In this document: positions 1 through 12,425 of the stretch, piece by piece
How the letters are laid out: each line of letters begins with the position of its first letter
How positions within the stretch are numbered: position 1 is the first letter of the stretch
Assembly: GCA_946965045.2 (NCBI GenBank)
Contig: OX337228.1
Location: 5,084,001-5,148,000 of the forward strand
Direction of reading: 5' to 3'
Source of the DNA: Epithemia pelagica
Taxonomy: Eukaryota; Protista; Bacillariophyta
DNA: 64,000 bases
The notes under the pieces: generated by a model
The model's database searches: none
What the model was told of the DNA's origin: nothing
Seen by the model: only the letters and a program-made list of their open reading frames with translations
Translations under genes and position numbers: made by a program

Positions 1-561
1 AAGGCAAAGAAAGAGCAAAAAGACACGAACGGTCGTGCAATGTTTTACGGACACTCCAAAATGTGAAGATGTGGTCCAACCAGTCGTTGTTGGCATGAGC
101 TTGTGTTGGCGTCTTGTAGAGCTCGTCAGTAGTTGCTGCTATACGAGAAACCAGCCGACCCACCAAGTCGGTCCAAGAAGGAAACGGCAACGATACGAAC
201 TAAAGAGAATCAATGAGTACCGTCGTGATCCTATGGATCATACAACGTATCATAAAGCGACGAAAAGGGCACTCAGGAAATATGAACAAGATCGAAGGAA
301 TCCGAGCAGCCTTCTATATAGCGTACATGAGTACGTGTTCTGCAACGAAAAGTGCGTTTTGGTTTTTTGTTTTGGGGGCCGGATCTTTTTCCCGTTAGGC
401 GTCGGTCACACCGATTCCCGTTCCTGATTCCTGACTACCGACTACCGACTCCCATTTTCACTGGCGGCAGAGATTGCGCCCATGATCCTTGATACCGCGA
501 CTTTGCCATTGAAGATTGAAGGAGCGATTCTCTCCTACCCACATCTTCAAAGACTTTGACC

Positions 562-3500
562 ATGAAATTGTTGGATGTTCGCTTGCGTCCCTCGTCAGGG
601 GTGATACAATCATGTTTGGGATCCTTCTCGGCTCCTGGAAAAGAGGAGATTCTTCTCATCAAACCTGGAGGAACGATCGAGCTTCATGCCATCCTCACGA
701 CCGTGTCCAACAACAACGCCGAGGAAGAGGAGGATGAGGAGGGTCCCCGTACCTATTTGAAACTCGTCACGCGAACAGAAACAAGAAGTATCTTACGGTC
801 CTGTTCGGTCTTTCGATTTCAAGGCGAGCAACGTGACGTTGTTGTGGTAGGATGTGACAGTGGTGCCGTTTCGGTATTGGAATTCAAAGATGGTGTCTCG
901 GCTGTTCTGCACTGCACCGAGTTTGGCAAAACCGGATGCCGAAGAGCCACGCCAGGACAATATGTGGCGAGTGATCCCAAAGGTCGTGCCATTATGATTG
1001 CTGCCGTCGAAAAACGAAAGCTAGTTTACGTTCTTAATCGAGATGCGACCGGAAAACCGACAATTGCCAGTCCGTTGGAAGCCAATCGGGGTCGGGCCAT
1101 TACACTCACAACAGCGGGAATTGACAATGGCTTTGATAATCCAATCTTTGCCTCCTTAGAAATACAGTACGATGACGAACATGAAGATTCAACACGTCCT
1201 TCTGCCAACGATGATGCACCTGAAACACAATTGGCCTACTACGAACTCGATCTCGGTTTGAATCACGTGAGTCGAAGATGGGCTAGCACCACGTTGAGGG
1301 GAGCCTGCTGTCTTGCGGCCGTGCCGGGGGTGGCAGATGGAGGTCCCGGCGGAGTCCTTGTGGGAAGTGAGGACTGGCTCGAGTATCTCCATGATACTAT
1401 GGACATGGATACCATGCATGGAGGAATTGCTGGTAGAATTTGCTGTGCACTCCCGCGCCGACGATTGCACCCCAAAGAACGCTCCATCTTGATCACCAAC
1501 GTTACGGTACATCGACAGAAAAAGTCGCGCTTCTTTGCCCTGGCTCAAACCGAACTGGGCGATCTGTACAAGATTACTGTGCAACTCGATCCTGCAGCCG
1601 AAAGTCCAACCGTACTCGGTCTGGAAGCAGCACTTTTGGATACTCTCCCTCCCGTCTGTTCCATGAATGTGAGCAAGATGGGCTACCTGTTTGCGGCAGC
1701 CGAAACAGCCGATCATCACTTGTACCAGTTTTTGCGCTTTGATTTGCCCGATGCACCGACCTGTACCTCCAAGGACTGCAAAGAAGAACTGGGGAAACTG
1801 GACAATGGCGATTCGTCCTTGACGTCTCTTCGAACGGTGGCGTCCAAAGTTGCACCCACCTTTGATCCCACGGATCTGAAAAACTTGCGAACGGTTCACC
1901 GACTGGATAACTTTTCCCCATCCACCGGTGTCATGATTGGAGAGTTGGCGGGAGACGAAGTTAGTCCCCAAATCTATCTCATGTCAGGACGCGGACCAAC
2001 AAGCGCCATGCAAATTATTCGTCATGGTGTATCCGTAATCGAATTGGCTGTAAGTGATTTACCCGGTGTTCCTGGTGCAATCTATACCGTCACTGATAAC
2101 ACAAGGAGCGAGGACGGGGGAAATGGCACTGAAGACACAAGTGGACCAAGAAATGATCGTTTCATTGTCGTTAGCTTTGCTGACGCAACCTTGGTACTCA
2201 GTGTCGGTGAGAGCGTGGAAGAAGTGGGAAAGGACTCCGGCTTGGCGACCAATACTCCGACGTTGGCCTGCTCTGCCCTGGGTGACGACGGAGCGGTTTG
2301 TCAGGTGCACCCCTCTGGAATTCGGCATGCGGAAGTTGTGAACGGAATCCCGAAAAGTAAACAGTGGCACTGTCCTGGGCTCAAACGCATTGAATGCGGG
2401 AGTGCCAATCGATACCAAGTCCTGATTGCGCTAGCTGGTGGTGAAGTTATTTATTTTGAGTTTGACCCGGAAAGTGGAAATCTCATGGAAAAAACTAGCA
2501 TGGAACTGAGAGCCGACGTGTGTTCCTTGGATGTGGGGAAAATTCCAGAAGGACGAAGTCGAAGTATTTTTGGTGCTGTGGGGTGTAGAGACCAAACGGT
2601 TCGCATTGTCAGCCTCCAACGAGACAAGCTACTGGTACAACAGAGCAGTATTGCCTTGAAATCGCGTCCTCAGTCAGTATCTTTGGTCAATTGGTTCAGT
2701 GGTAATGACGGGACTGACGAAGAACTTGATCTAGTGGTCGGATTGGATGATGGGAGCTCCCTACGCGCTACCGTTGACAATGTCACTGGCGCTATCGGTA
2801 CCGGCGCTGCAGCACGGTTTCTTGGAACAAGACCAGTTGAAGTGTCGACGATTTCTCTAAGCTCCGACGTTGCCACCCTTCTTCTGTCCTCTCGGCCATG
2901 GATCGGTCGGCATGACGCAACATCAGGGAAATACATCATGTCTCCACTCTCATATGTGCCGCTTGACCATGGATGCTTGTTTCGCTCTGAAATGATTCGT
3001 GAAGGAATCGTTGCTACGGCAGGAAATACACTCCGTATCCTTTCGATTGATTCGGCCGCAATAGAATCAGGAGAAGATGAAGCCTTCAACTCGCAACGAA
3101 TCAAATTGAGGTACACTCCTCGGCAAATGACTCTGCTGTCGACAACTCCAGATGCGTCTTCTCAGAGCAGTAACGGGAAAGTCGTTATTGCTGTCGCCGA
3201 GAGTGACCACAACGAGTATGGCTTCGAAGCCAAAGAGGCGATGGGCATCGATGCGCAAGGAAAACGCAAAGTAGAGAAAAAAGACCAAGGCGACGCAATG
3301 GATATGGACGAAGACAGCGACAATGAAGGTGGAGATGCAAAGAAGGAAGACGAAGATGAGGAAGACGATGAAGAAGGTCTCGAGGAAAAGAAAACAGCCA
3401 TTCGTGGACCCATTCCCTCTGGCAAAGGCAACTGGGGATCCTGTGTGAGAATTCTAGATCCTGCGAATCAATGTGTCACTCTGGACTGTGTCGAGATGGG

Positions 3501-4494
3501 ACGAAACGAGGCCGCACTATGCTGTGCCTCCGTTCGATTTCACTCAAAAGGAAGGGAATCGTTCTTGGCAATTGGGGTTGTGGCTGGTATGACTTTGCAT
3601 CCGCTCAAACAATCAAGCAGTTACATCCTTCTTTATCGAATTCTTGCAGGCCGGCTGCAGCTTTTACATCGAACGACGGTCGATGATGGCCCTGTCTTAT
3701 CACTCGCTCACTTTGAAGGCAGACTGTTGGTAGGCATTGGCAGCACATTGCGGCTCTATGAGATGGGGAAACGGCAGCTTTTACGAAAATGTGAGCTTCG
3801 GGCTCTGTCAACTCACGTCAAGACGATTCAAACGGTTGGAGACCGTGCATTTGTCGGCGATATGATTCAATCCATTCGCATTGTACGATACCAGGCGTCA
3901 GCAAACAGACTTGTTCTAGTTGCAAGCGACCCTTGTCCGAGAACCATTGTATGTCAAGAGATGCTGGACTGGAACACAGTCGCCGTGGGGGACAAGTTTG
4001 GTTGTATTTCAATTCTTCGATTGCCTGAGTCGGCCGAGTTGAGCGTCATGGACCTTTCGAGCACAGGGTCCCTTTGGGACACGACAAAAGCGGACATGGT
4101 TCCTCGTTTGGAGCTCGTGGCCCAGTACTACGTTGGGGAAGTCGTTACGGGATTGACACGAGCGGCGCTCGTAGCTGGTGGATCAGATTCATTGATTTAT
4201 GTCACAGTGGCAGGAAAGGTCGCTGCCTTGGTGCCGTTGACGTCTCGAGACGATGTCGACTTTTATGAACAACTTGAGTCGGCAGTTCGAACCCATGCTC
4301 CTCGGCCGACTGGTAGAGATCCCAAGGCATATCGTTCCTTTTATGCTCCTGCGATGCACGTGGTTGATGGGGACCTGTGTGATGCATTCAATGGACTTTC
4401 TCACGATAGTCAGACTCAGATAGCAGACATGCTTGGACGAGAAACCGGGACGATAAAGAAAAAGCTTGAAGATACCCGTAACACGCTATTGTAA
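562..4494 (+). CDS. SF3B3: Splicing factor 3B subunit 3 (SAP130/Rse1), intronless
   Basis: About 1310-aa ORF; first ATG at 562. Contains FGKTGCRRATPGQYVASDPKGRAIMIAAVEK, YELDLGLNHV, VSDLPGVPGAIYTV, GRLQLLHRT, YEMGKRQLLRKCE, VGDKFG and C-terminal HVVDGDLCDAF, all characteristic of SF3B3. Confidence 0.97.
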   Translation: MKLLDVRLRPSSGVIQSCLGSFSAPGKEEILLIKPGGTIELHAILTTVSNNNAEEEEDEEGPRTYLKLVTRTETRSILRSCSVFRFQGEQRDVVVVGCDSGAVSVLEFKDGVSAVLHCTEFGKTGCRRATPGQYVASDPKGRAIMIAAVEKRKLVYVLNRDATGKPTIASPLEANRGRAITLTTAGIDNGFDNPIFASLEIQYDDEHEDSTRPSANDDAPETQLAYYELDLGLNHVSRRWASTTLRGACCLAAVPGVADGGPGGVLVGSEDWLEYLHDTMDMDTMHGGIAGRICCALPRRRLHPKERSILITNVTVHRQKKSRFFALAQTELGDLYKITVQLDPAAESPTVLGLEAALLDTLPPVCSMNVSKMGYLFAAAETADHHLYQFLRFDLPDAPTCTSKDCKEELGKLDNGDSSLTSLRTVASKVAPTFDPTDLKNLRTVHRLDNFSPSTGVMIGELAGDEVSPQIYLMSGRGPTSAMQIIRHGVSVIELAVSDLPGVPGAIYTVTDNTRSEDGGNGTEDTSGPRNDRFIVVSFADATLVLSVGESVEEVGKDSGLATNTPTLACSALGDDGAVCQVHPSGIRHAEVVNGIPKSKQWHCPGLKRIECGSANRYQVLIALAGGEVIYFEFDPESGNLMEKTSMELRADVCSLDVGKIPEGRSRSIFGAVGCRDQTVRIVSLQRDKLLVQQSSIALKSRPQSVSLVNWFSGNDGTDEELDLVVGLDDGSSLRATVDNVTGAIGTGAAARFLGTRPVEVSTISLSSDVATLLLSSRPWIGRHDATSGKYIMSPLSYVPLDHGCLFRSEMIREGIVATAGNTLRILSIDSAAIESGEDEAFNSQRIKLRYTPRQMTLLSTTPDASSQSSNGKVVIAVAESDHNEYGFEAKEAMGIDAQGKRKVEKKDQGDAMDMDEDSDNEGGDAKKEDEDEEDDEEGLEEKKTAIRGPIPSGKGNWGSCVRILDPANQCVTLDCVEMGRNEAALCCASVRFHSKGRESFLAIGVVAGMTLHPLKQSSSYILLYRILAGRLQLLHRTTVDDGPVLSLAHFEGRLLVGIGSTLRLYEMGKRQLLRKCELRALSTHVKTIQTVGDRAFVGDMIQSIRIVRYQASANRLVLVASDPCPRTIVCQEMLDWNTVAVGDKFGCISILRLPESAELSVMDLSSTGSLWDTTKADMVPRLELVAQYYVGEVVTGLTRAALVAGGSDSLIYVTVAGKVAALVPLTSRDDVDFYEQLESAVRTHAPRPTGRDPKAYRSFYAPAMHVVDGDLCDAFNGLSHDSQTQIADMLGRETGTIKKKLEDTRNTLL

Positions 4495-4743
4495 CAAGTT
4501 TTCAGCAATGCAAACCTTGAGATTAAGACTCACTTACTTTAGAAATTCTTTTTGGAATCGATACCATCTACCCATACTGATATTTCGGGGTTAAAGGCCA
4601 GCACAAGGAAGTTGCGCACATTGCTAACCTGTCCTTGGATGTAGAGTTTCCCCTAGCCCATAGCAGTGGGTAGCATCTGCAGCATTTCAAAAACACAATG
4701 GTGACTTTCACGCACCTCAGTTTGAATTGATTATTGTTATCGA

Positions 4744-5274
4744 ATGACCCGTACGATATTTGTTACCGTCGGCACTACATTGTTCGATAAACTCATTGAA
4801 AGTGTTTCATCGTTAGAAGCTCTTGGTTGGATGAATCGGAATGGGTACACAGAATTGATCGTACAGTACGGAAGGGGAAAGAAACCAGTTCTGGACGCGG
4901 TGATCCTTTCTAAGAAAAACATCACAGCTGAGGTGTATGATTTCAAGCCTAGTTTGGCAGATGATATGGCGAAATCCGACTTGGTCATTAGTCACGCCGG
5001 TGCTGGTACCGTAAGCGAAGTTCTGCAACTTAGAAAACCCCGACTTGTGGTCGTTGTGAACACTCTTCTCATGGACAACCACCAGCTGGAGCTTGCTCAT
5101 GCGATGAAGCGTCGGGGATATCTGTTTGTTGTTGATTCTCCTGAGAAACTCTCTGCCCTGACAGTGTGGGACGAATTCGAAAAATTCAGTCCGAGACCAC
5201 AAGACCCCACGGAGGGTGATAGCTTTTCGAGAATTCTGAATGGATTTCTTGGGCTTGACAGCTCCCAAACGTAA
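4744..5274 (+). CDS. ALG13: UDP-N-acetylglucosamine transferase catalytic subunit (GT28 C-terminal domain)
   Basis: 176 aa with IFVTVGTTLFDKL, LIVQYGRG, ISHAGAGT and LMDNHQLELA motifs. Confidence 0.93.
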   Translation: MTRTIFVTVGTTLFDKLIESVSSLEALGWMNRNGYTELIVQYGRGKKPVLDAVILSKKNITAEVYDFKPSLADDMAKSDLVISHAGAGTVSEVLQLRKPRLVVVVNTLLMDNHQLELAHAMKRRGYLFVVDSPEKLSALTVWDEFEKFSPRPQDPTEGDSFSRILNGFLGLDSSQT

Positions 5275-5471
5275 AATGTGAACAATCATTCAGCTATTGT
5301 ATGGGTGTAGAGGGCCTCGAAATGAGTAATGACAGTAGATCTATGATACTGAACAATGAATCCTAGAAATATCTTTAAACATGAGTGAGGACAACTACCG
5401 GTAGAGTCCCGAGATGAATTGACATTGCGGCAAAAATAATTCAGCATTTCAAATGTTGCGTAGAGATGGAA

Positions 5472-6000
5472 CTATTTGGCAGCTGCTCTTGCAGCCGCAC
5501 GCGCCTGCACTTTGGCCCACTTGTCCCTTCGTCGCTGACCCTCGGTTTTCTTTTCCACTCTAGGCGGTTCGATCATCTTTTCTAGTTTCTCCGTGATCTC
5601 GGTCATCCGAATCATGTCCTCGTCGTACTTCTCGTTGAATCGATCATATGCCTCTTTCCATTCTGGTTCCAAGTCGGCCGCTTCTTCTGGTGTAAAAAAT
5701 CGAACCTTAGTCCACTTTTCCTGAATGGCGAGAATTTGTTTTTGGTTATCAGTCATCTGATCCTCAGGTGTTGTACCTGATAAAATCAGACGGCTCTGCT
5801 TCTGGGGACGCAAAATCCCTGACGAAAATCAAGAGAGAGCATGTTAAGTATGCGTTGTTGATGGAGAAGTCACAACCACACATTGGCAAGCTTGTGCAGC
5901 AAAAGTCGTACGCATAATCAAATACACTCGATCCCAGTTACGTACCAAAAGCAGATGCCCCTGAAAGAAGCATGAGAAAAGAGAACGCAGTGCACTTCAT
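5472..6000 (-). CDS. Hypothetical plastid-targeted protein, 2 exons
   Basis: Exon 1 (6000-5947) encodes MKCTAFSFLMLLSGASAF, a signal peptide ending in ASAF. GT-AG intron 5946-5819 joins in frame to GILRPQKQ...AAARAAAK*. Confidence 0.75.
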
Positions 6001-6569
6001 CTTGTTTACGATATCTTCTTTCTTTCAATAGACTCTTCGCGGACGGCGATTGATGGTTGTGAATGTGATGGTGCGTTATTGCGTGTGTGATGTGAGTGAT
6101 GTAAGACAGACGCGAAAAAAAGTGTCAGAGTCAGAAGTCCGTCCTTCGACCGGACCCGATCATGCATATGCATTCGCCCCACGATGCACAGACTCGAATT
6201 CATCATGTCACGTACAAGTCAACAAATGCCAAATAAAACAATGTAGTCCTTCTTTTGTGTTTACTGTTTACAATTTCTCTGCTTGAAGGCGTAAGTGGGT
6301 ATCCCACTGTGGAACCCGATCTACAATACGTGGGACGTGAAAGATGATTTATGGCACGAGATATCTACTCTCTATTCTGTGATCCACTTCATCGTCCAAT
6401 CCCAGCTCACAGCCTTCCTGATATCCATTTGGATCGCACAAAATCTGTTTTGGCGCCACGGGACTCCTACACTAGTGGTATCGTCTGGAATTGCAAAAAG
6501 TAACAAAAATCAATATCGACTATCCCCATGCACAAGAAAACACCATCACTTTCTTGACTTGCACAAGAA

Positions 6570-9500
6570 ATGGATGAAAAATCACCGACAAAAGTAGGTC
6601 ATAATGACGACGAGGACGAGTCACAGTCTTGTGACTCGAATCAATCTCGAAATCTTTTGGAAGAGGGCAATAGCCGGACGAGTCCTGGCTCGGAACGGAA
6701 CAATGCTGCGAAGCGACTTGACGACCATGACTTTGACCAGGCCTCTCCTCCACCGTCCCAGACTTGTGAAGAAATACCGGTCCATGTTGGTTCGTCTTTT
6801 GTAGGAATGAGCCAACGGGAAGTCGAAGCGGTGACATGGTTAGCTCGAGCCAAAGGCCAAGACGATGCTCAACCCTCGAGAAACAGAGACGATGCAAAGC
6901 AGAACAAAAGCCCAAACTTGGTTGAGAGTCCGCCAAAGGATGAGAATGTACAGCCCAGCGTTGTTCCGGATTTTAGCTCTTCGCCGAGGGGAGCAATCTC
7001 ATCCACTCAGTCATCCCCAAAGATTGAGCAATCCCGCGCAGCAAATCGGTCTAGCATGGAGGCTGCCAAAGAATCCATTCGCGAACTGAACCCAAACGAC
7101 GTAGTTTTTAATAGCAGACAAGACATTCAGCGTAGTGGCAACCTTCAGGTAATTCCCACAAAATCAATGCGGCCGCAATTCCTTGGAGTATGGTCAACCG
7201 TGTCTCACAGATTCTTTTTCTTTTGCTGATGTGCAGTTTTATGAGTTGGTAAGGCAAGCCAGCAAAGACTACCGAAGTGCTAGCCCCGATGAGAAAACCA
7301 AGATTGCCTGTGACATTGTTCGTACGATGAGATCCATGACCCCCGCGGGACGTTTTGTAGCAAAACGCGAAAAAGAAGATGGTCTGTGGTACGACATTGG
7401 TGATACCAAGGCCTTTGCCAAGGCGACGAAATTACTCTTGAAGGGAAGTGAGCAAGTTCTCATGGCAGCATCAGCAGGCGGGGCGGGCGTTACAGAGTCT
7501 GGTACGTTGACAACAGTGCATGAACAGAAGAAAAGCACCACGAAGCAGGATCCCAAGGATTCTATGAAACTTTCCAAGCGGCCGTTCGTCGCCCCGGAAC
7601 GTGGTCCAATCATGTCCTTACTAGCAACGATCGATGACTATAAGGTTTACAAAGTACAAGTCATATCGGAAGGTACTTTGGGTCTCAAGGTAACACCAGG
7701 GGAAAGAGACACGTTCCCCGCCCCTTTGATCAATCGTTTTCGCAAAGACAATCCCTCAATGAACATTGCTTCATACGCAATGAGCCGTGTCGAAAGCGTA
7801 CAAAAAGGTTCTTTGGGGAAACAGGCAGGAATCATGGATGGTGATTGGTTTGTCGACCACAAAGAGGACGACGACAAGGTCATAATCCGGCCAATCTCGA
7901 GCCACGAGGTACGAAAACTTGCTTGTGACACACCAAGACCCATCCAGTTCACCATTGCGAGGCGTGTTCTGTCAGAGCCCAGGAAGAAACCGAAGAAAAA
8001 AGTCTTGCGGAAGGTACTTCCCCGGTCCTCGAAGAACGCCTCCCAACATGATCCTCCAATTGTTCCCTTTTGCCTCAAGTGTAGACGTGGGGATGACGTT
8101 GACAAGCTTCATCATCCTTGGTGTCCAAGAAATCCAGAGTTTGAAAACTCTGGAGCTGATGAGATTTTCGATCGCCTCGAATATGGATGTAAAATGCAAT
8201 GTGGACGATGCATATCCGAGTTCAAGTCTGGCCGACGGTGTGATGAGCTGGAGCACAACGATGCATGCCAGAAAAAAATTCGAGAAACGATAAAGCAAAA
8301 GAAGGCGAAGAAAAAGCCTCAGTCCCCCAAGAAAAAACAAAAACCATTGTCCAAGACCAACTGCAAAGAAGGTGTGGGACTTGAACGCAAGTTTGCTGAC
8401 TCGTCGATGGGGTATGTAGACGACGAAGTTGATGGCTCCGCGGTAGAATTGATGGATGTCGGAGACGAAGACGTAGAATTCCGAAATCTTGATTATTTGA
8501 TCACCGGCGACATAAAACACGGAGGAATTGAGCTTGTCCCCTGCGATAATCCATGGGGTCCAGAAGGATTTTGTGATGACGACGTTGTTCTGTATTCACC
8601 CCATGGGATTGTCGTAAATTCAGACGTGTTGTTCCCTTCGCCGCACTTTTTCACAGCGGAACCATTCCAGAACTCGTCGTCTTACAAAGAGACACACCAC
8701 ACCCCGTCGGAAGGACTTCAACAGCTTATCCTGACGAGAGACGTAATGTGTCGAAGCCCATGGGGTTTTTCTACTTTTCTCGATGAATCGGGAGGAGGAG
8801 CATGTCTAGTTGCTCATGTCGATAATTTAGGACCTGCAAGTGCAGCAGTAAGTTTTTGAATGCTGTTTAGTTTGCTTCGTGCTTTATATCCACTTACCTC
8901 ACCTTCTCCGTGATGCACAAATGAAAGGAATTTCTGGGAGCGTCGCCACTGAAATCGCCTCTGAGACCAAAAGATATGATTCTGGCTGTAAACGGGAAAC
9001 CAGTCAGTGACATGAACGAAGAAATGCTCGAAATCGAGCTTGGCTCTAGTGGACAAAGACTCTACGTACTTGTTTCGAGGTACAAATTTGAATCAGAAAC
9101 CATGGCAACGGAGGGGCAGAGGAAAATGCTTATTCTTCCAAGAGTGGAAGCCTCCATGAAAGTAGGACACAAGCCATATAGGAACCAGTCAGCAAGCAAC
9201 CTGGGAGAGCTTGAAGGAGGAGATCTCATCGAAACTCCCACCGAGGTCTCACAAGAAAAACTTGGGAATGAAGGTCCGAAGCATGGGGGCGGAAAGCTCT
9301 CAGTTCACAATGTTGGCAAGAATGTTTTATCTTACCAAGAGCCGAACAATGACTCAGGATCGGGGAGCGTAGCCAACCCATCTCCAACCAATTTGTCCAC
9401 TGTATCAACGCAGTCATCAAAAGGAGAGGACGAGGAAAGTAACAGCTCAATCGGAACGGAAGAAAGTGAGGATGACGGAGAGGCATGTATGGGTTGTGTT

Positions 9501-10010
9501 TGTGGCCAAATTCATCAAAAATTAAAGGTGTATTGGATTCAATGTGGTGGCTGTAAGTCGTGGTACAATGTGGCACCAAAATGCGTTGGATTTGACTGTC
9601 AAGCGGCGTCGAATCGGAGCTGGGAATGCCCTGCCTGTTGTGAGCAGAAAGGGTGTGCCTCCTCACATAGTTCACCTGAAGCCAATCCATCGCGTGAAAT
9701 AGTCGATTCATCCGACAGTGCAGAAACGAACGCGAAACACGTTCCAGACAAGGCATCCGAACTAGATGAACCAGGAGCATCCGAAAACGAGGAAGAGAAA
9801 GAACAAGAGAATAGTTTTGAGGAAGGAGCGACGGTTCACATTCGAGAACATGGATGGAGTGGAGTCAACAATCCCGAGGGTGGTGCTTGGGTGGAGAAAT
9901 CGTACAATGACGAGGACGGGGACTTGGTGTACGATGTCAAGTATATTGTAGGAGGATTTCGAAAAAAGGCCATTCTGGCCCGGTATGTACGGCCCTACTC
10001 GTTGGACTGA
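6570..10010 (+). CDS. Multidomain putative chromatin protein (DUF6824-like, PDZ-like, Cys/His cluster, PHD finger, C-terminal Tudor-like), 3 exons
   Basis: Phase-0 GT-AG introns 7149-7236 and 8848-8927 join three ORFs in frame. RSGNLQ|FYELV...GRFV...WYDIGD is DUF6824-like. CVCGQIH...WIQCGGCKSWYNVAPKC...WECPAC is PHD-like. The C-terminus is GWSGVNNPEGG...YDVKYIVGG. Confidence 0.75.
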
Positions 10011-10187
10011 AAGTTCTAGATACAAACTGGTGAACTCAGTTGATGAAAGAGTATCTCGTATGTCAAATAGCCTTTACTACCATGGACATGAGATTACATG
10101 GCATGAGTACTTAAGCAATCGTCTGATGGATGGTCTTATCAATACTAGCTTGTCCATTATATGGTTGATCCCTCAAACAAAAACAGA

Positions 10188-11145
10188 TTATCTGATTACT
10201 TTTGCCTCAGTTCGCAGCTTGGCGATCAAATCGTCAACGCTTTCCACCATGATACCATCTTTTCTAGGAGGAGGCTCCATAACTTCCAGAACCGTGTTTT
10301 GAGGTGCGAGGTCCACATCCATCTCCGTTGCGTCAATAGTGTCTACTGGCTTCTTTTTGGCCTTCATGATATTGGGTAGAGTAGCATAGCGGGGTTCATT
10401 GAGACGCAAGTCACAAGTCACAACAGCAGGCAAGGCCGCTTCAATAGTTTCAGACCCTGTATCAGTCTCCCTTTCCACCACCATCATATCGCCGTCATTG
10501 ATTTCCAATTTTGACACAAATGTGATCTGTGGCCAACCCATCAATCCCGCCAGAAGTGGACCCGTTTGACCTATCATTTCCGAAATGCACCTCACAATGA
10601 GCACCATATTTCACAGTGAAACAGAGACCGCGGCAGATACGCATGAGTCATTTCCATAAATAATTCGCATGATACGTACCACAATCGGAGTCAATACCTT
10701 GCTTTCCCAGCAACACCAAACTTGACTCCTCTTTCTCTGCAACTTTTTTCAAGAGCTGTGCAATCGCGAAAGGTTGCAAATCCATGTAATCGGTTCGCAA
10801 ATCACCAGTTTGGATATGAATACCTCGATCACAACCCATGGCCAACGCCGTTCGAATGGTTTCGGTGCATTGTTTTGGACCAATGCTCACAGCAACCACT
10901 TCCGACGCCTTTTTTGCTTCCTTCAGCCGAACTGCTTCTTCCACGGCAATCTGTGTTGTCCAGAAAAAGACACGATTTAGGGAACGAAAATCCAATTTCT
11001 CGACGCTATTAACCCGTTGCAGAAATCGTACCTCACAAAACGGATTCATGGAATGCTTGACATTGGCGAGATCAATGGTTCCCTTATTGACGCGAACCTT
11101 CACTGCATAGTCCACCACGCGTTTGATACCAACAAGAACTTTCAT
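10188..11145 (-). CDS. ETFB: Electron transfer flavoprotein beta subunit, 3 exons
   Basis: [26 protein letters not shown]|[22 protein letters not shown]|[25 protein letters not shown]. Introns 11031-10951 and 10679-10571. Confidence 0.95.
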
Positions 11146-11544
11146 CTTACGGGGGATCTTGGAGATGTACTTGAGGACTTTGGACGATCAATAGAGCGAG
11201 TCAAACACAATGCAGAAACCTTCTTCGGCCTTGTTCAGATTTCAGATGTCAAATGTCAATCTTGTGTTGGTCAATGTCAATGTCATCGACGCCCGAAGTT
11301 TTCTTTGGCTTTTCCAAAAAAAAGGATCTTTGATGTCTCCAGTCGCGACGAATTCTACGACACGACGCACAGACGGGTAACTACCTCCTCGCGATATAGA
11401 GGTAGTAGGTAGGAGGTACCTACTCCTACTCCTCTAGCTAGCTAGAGGTACTATCCAGGCAAAAGTTTGGGCAGGACAAACGAGAAGGGGAAACAAAATG
11501 CAACCTTTGAAATTGCTGGTTCTTAATATCAAAGGACCTAGTTC

Positions 11545-12084
11545 TCAACGATGATGGTATTTCGTGTTGGTGGCCCATCCCATTTTCTTGCTTCGCTTCA
11601 CCAATGTCTTATAATACGATTCAAAACTTCTCGGAGGCTTCGATGCATGCTTCTGATGATAGTATTCCTCAATTCGGTCATCCATTCCCTCCATTGCCTT
11701 TTCAATTTTCTGGGCCCTTTCCTCTCTGGTACGCTGGCTTTTCGTACCCTTGTTGGGGCGAATTCGGATTCGTCCTTGTCCTGCCGGTTTCAACATGGCC
11801 AATTGGATATCCCACGAACGCTCCCATCCTCTCAAAGTTTCCTTATTAAAGGTACCATACGATCCTTCTCGAATTGCAATTTTACGTAACTCCCTTGCCC
11901 TTCTTCGTGAGACGGGCGGTGACCTCCACACTCGTAGGCCGTCCTCCCTTTCAATCAGTAGTGGTCGCAAGGCTCTCATACCCATTTTCGACAGAAGAAT
12001 TCGTGCTTGTTTGTGGATAGTTCGAGCCGAACTTGTTGCTTGAGTCGCGAGCAACGACAATGGTAACATCCTATTCCAAAGCAT
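11545..12084 (-). CDS. Probable mitochondrial ribosomal protein, mL59-like
   Basis: Basic protein with a presequence-like N-terminus (MLWNRMLPLSLLATQ). WRSPPVSRRRARELRK and KGTKSQRTREERAQKIEKAMEGMDDRIEEY resemble mL59/MRP-L25 motifs as recalled. Start chosen at the first plausible ATG. Confidence 0.6.
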   Translation of the reverse strand: MLWNRMLPLSLLATQATSSARTIHKQARILLSKMGMRALRPLLIEREDGLRVWRSPPVSRRRARELRKIAIREGSYGTFNKETLRGWERSWDIQLAMLKPAGQGRIRIRPNKGTKSQRTREERAQKIEKAMEGMDDRIEEYYHQKHASKPPRSFESYYKTLVKRSKKMGWATNTKYHHR

Positions 12085-12425
12085 GGTGGCTTCGTGTCCT
12101 CGATCTCGACTCTCGACCTCACAATCACAACGGAGTTCTTTGATGGCGCGAGAAATCTTTTCTGTCGCGCCTGATGACAGCGTGTCTGTGTCCCCAGTCC
12201 CCACCCAATCACCAATCCCCAAGCCATAATAGTGATGACAAATAGAAGGGGGCGGAATATTCTTCAGGTCATTATGTTGGGGGGGGGACACTCCCACTAT
12301 TCCTGCTATGTAACATGCCTATTTCTGCAGTATTACGAGTACTCCTAGGCAATAGGCACGTGCAGTTTTTCATCGTTATGCTTATCTCTAGAAGTCCCAT
12401 ATGCAAAGCAGATCGTAGCAGCTGT

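Noticed and set aside
35-427. 130-aa plus-strand ORF at the window start
   Set aside because: No recognisable motif and no ATG at the ORF start. It may be a fragment of a gene outside the window but cannot be supported.
1189-1971. 260-aa antisense ORF inside SF3B3, and similar long shadow ORFs (e.g. 52060-52851 in ADE2, 39235-39787 in the transposase)
   Set aside because: They fully overlap well-supported genes on the opposite strand and have no motifs. This is expected from codon structure.
11017-11412. 131-aa plus-strand ORF
   Set aside because: It overlaps ETFB exon 1 and its promoter in antisense, with no recognisable family.
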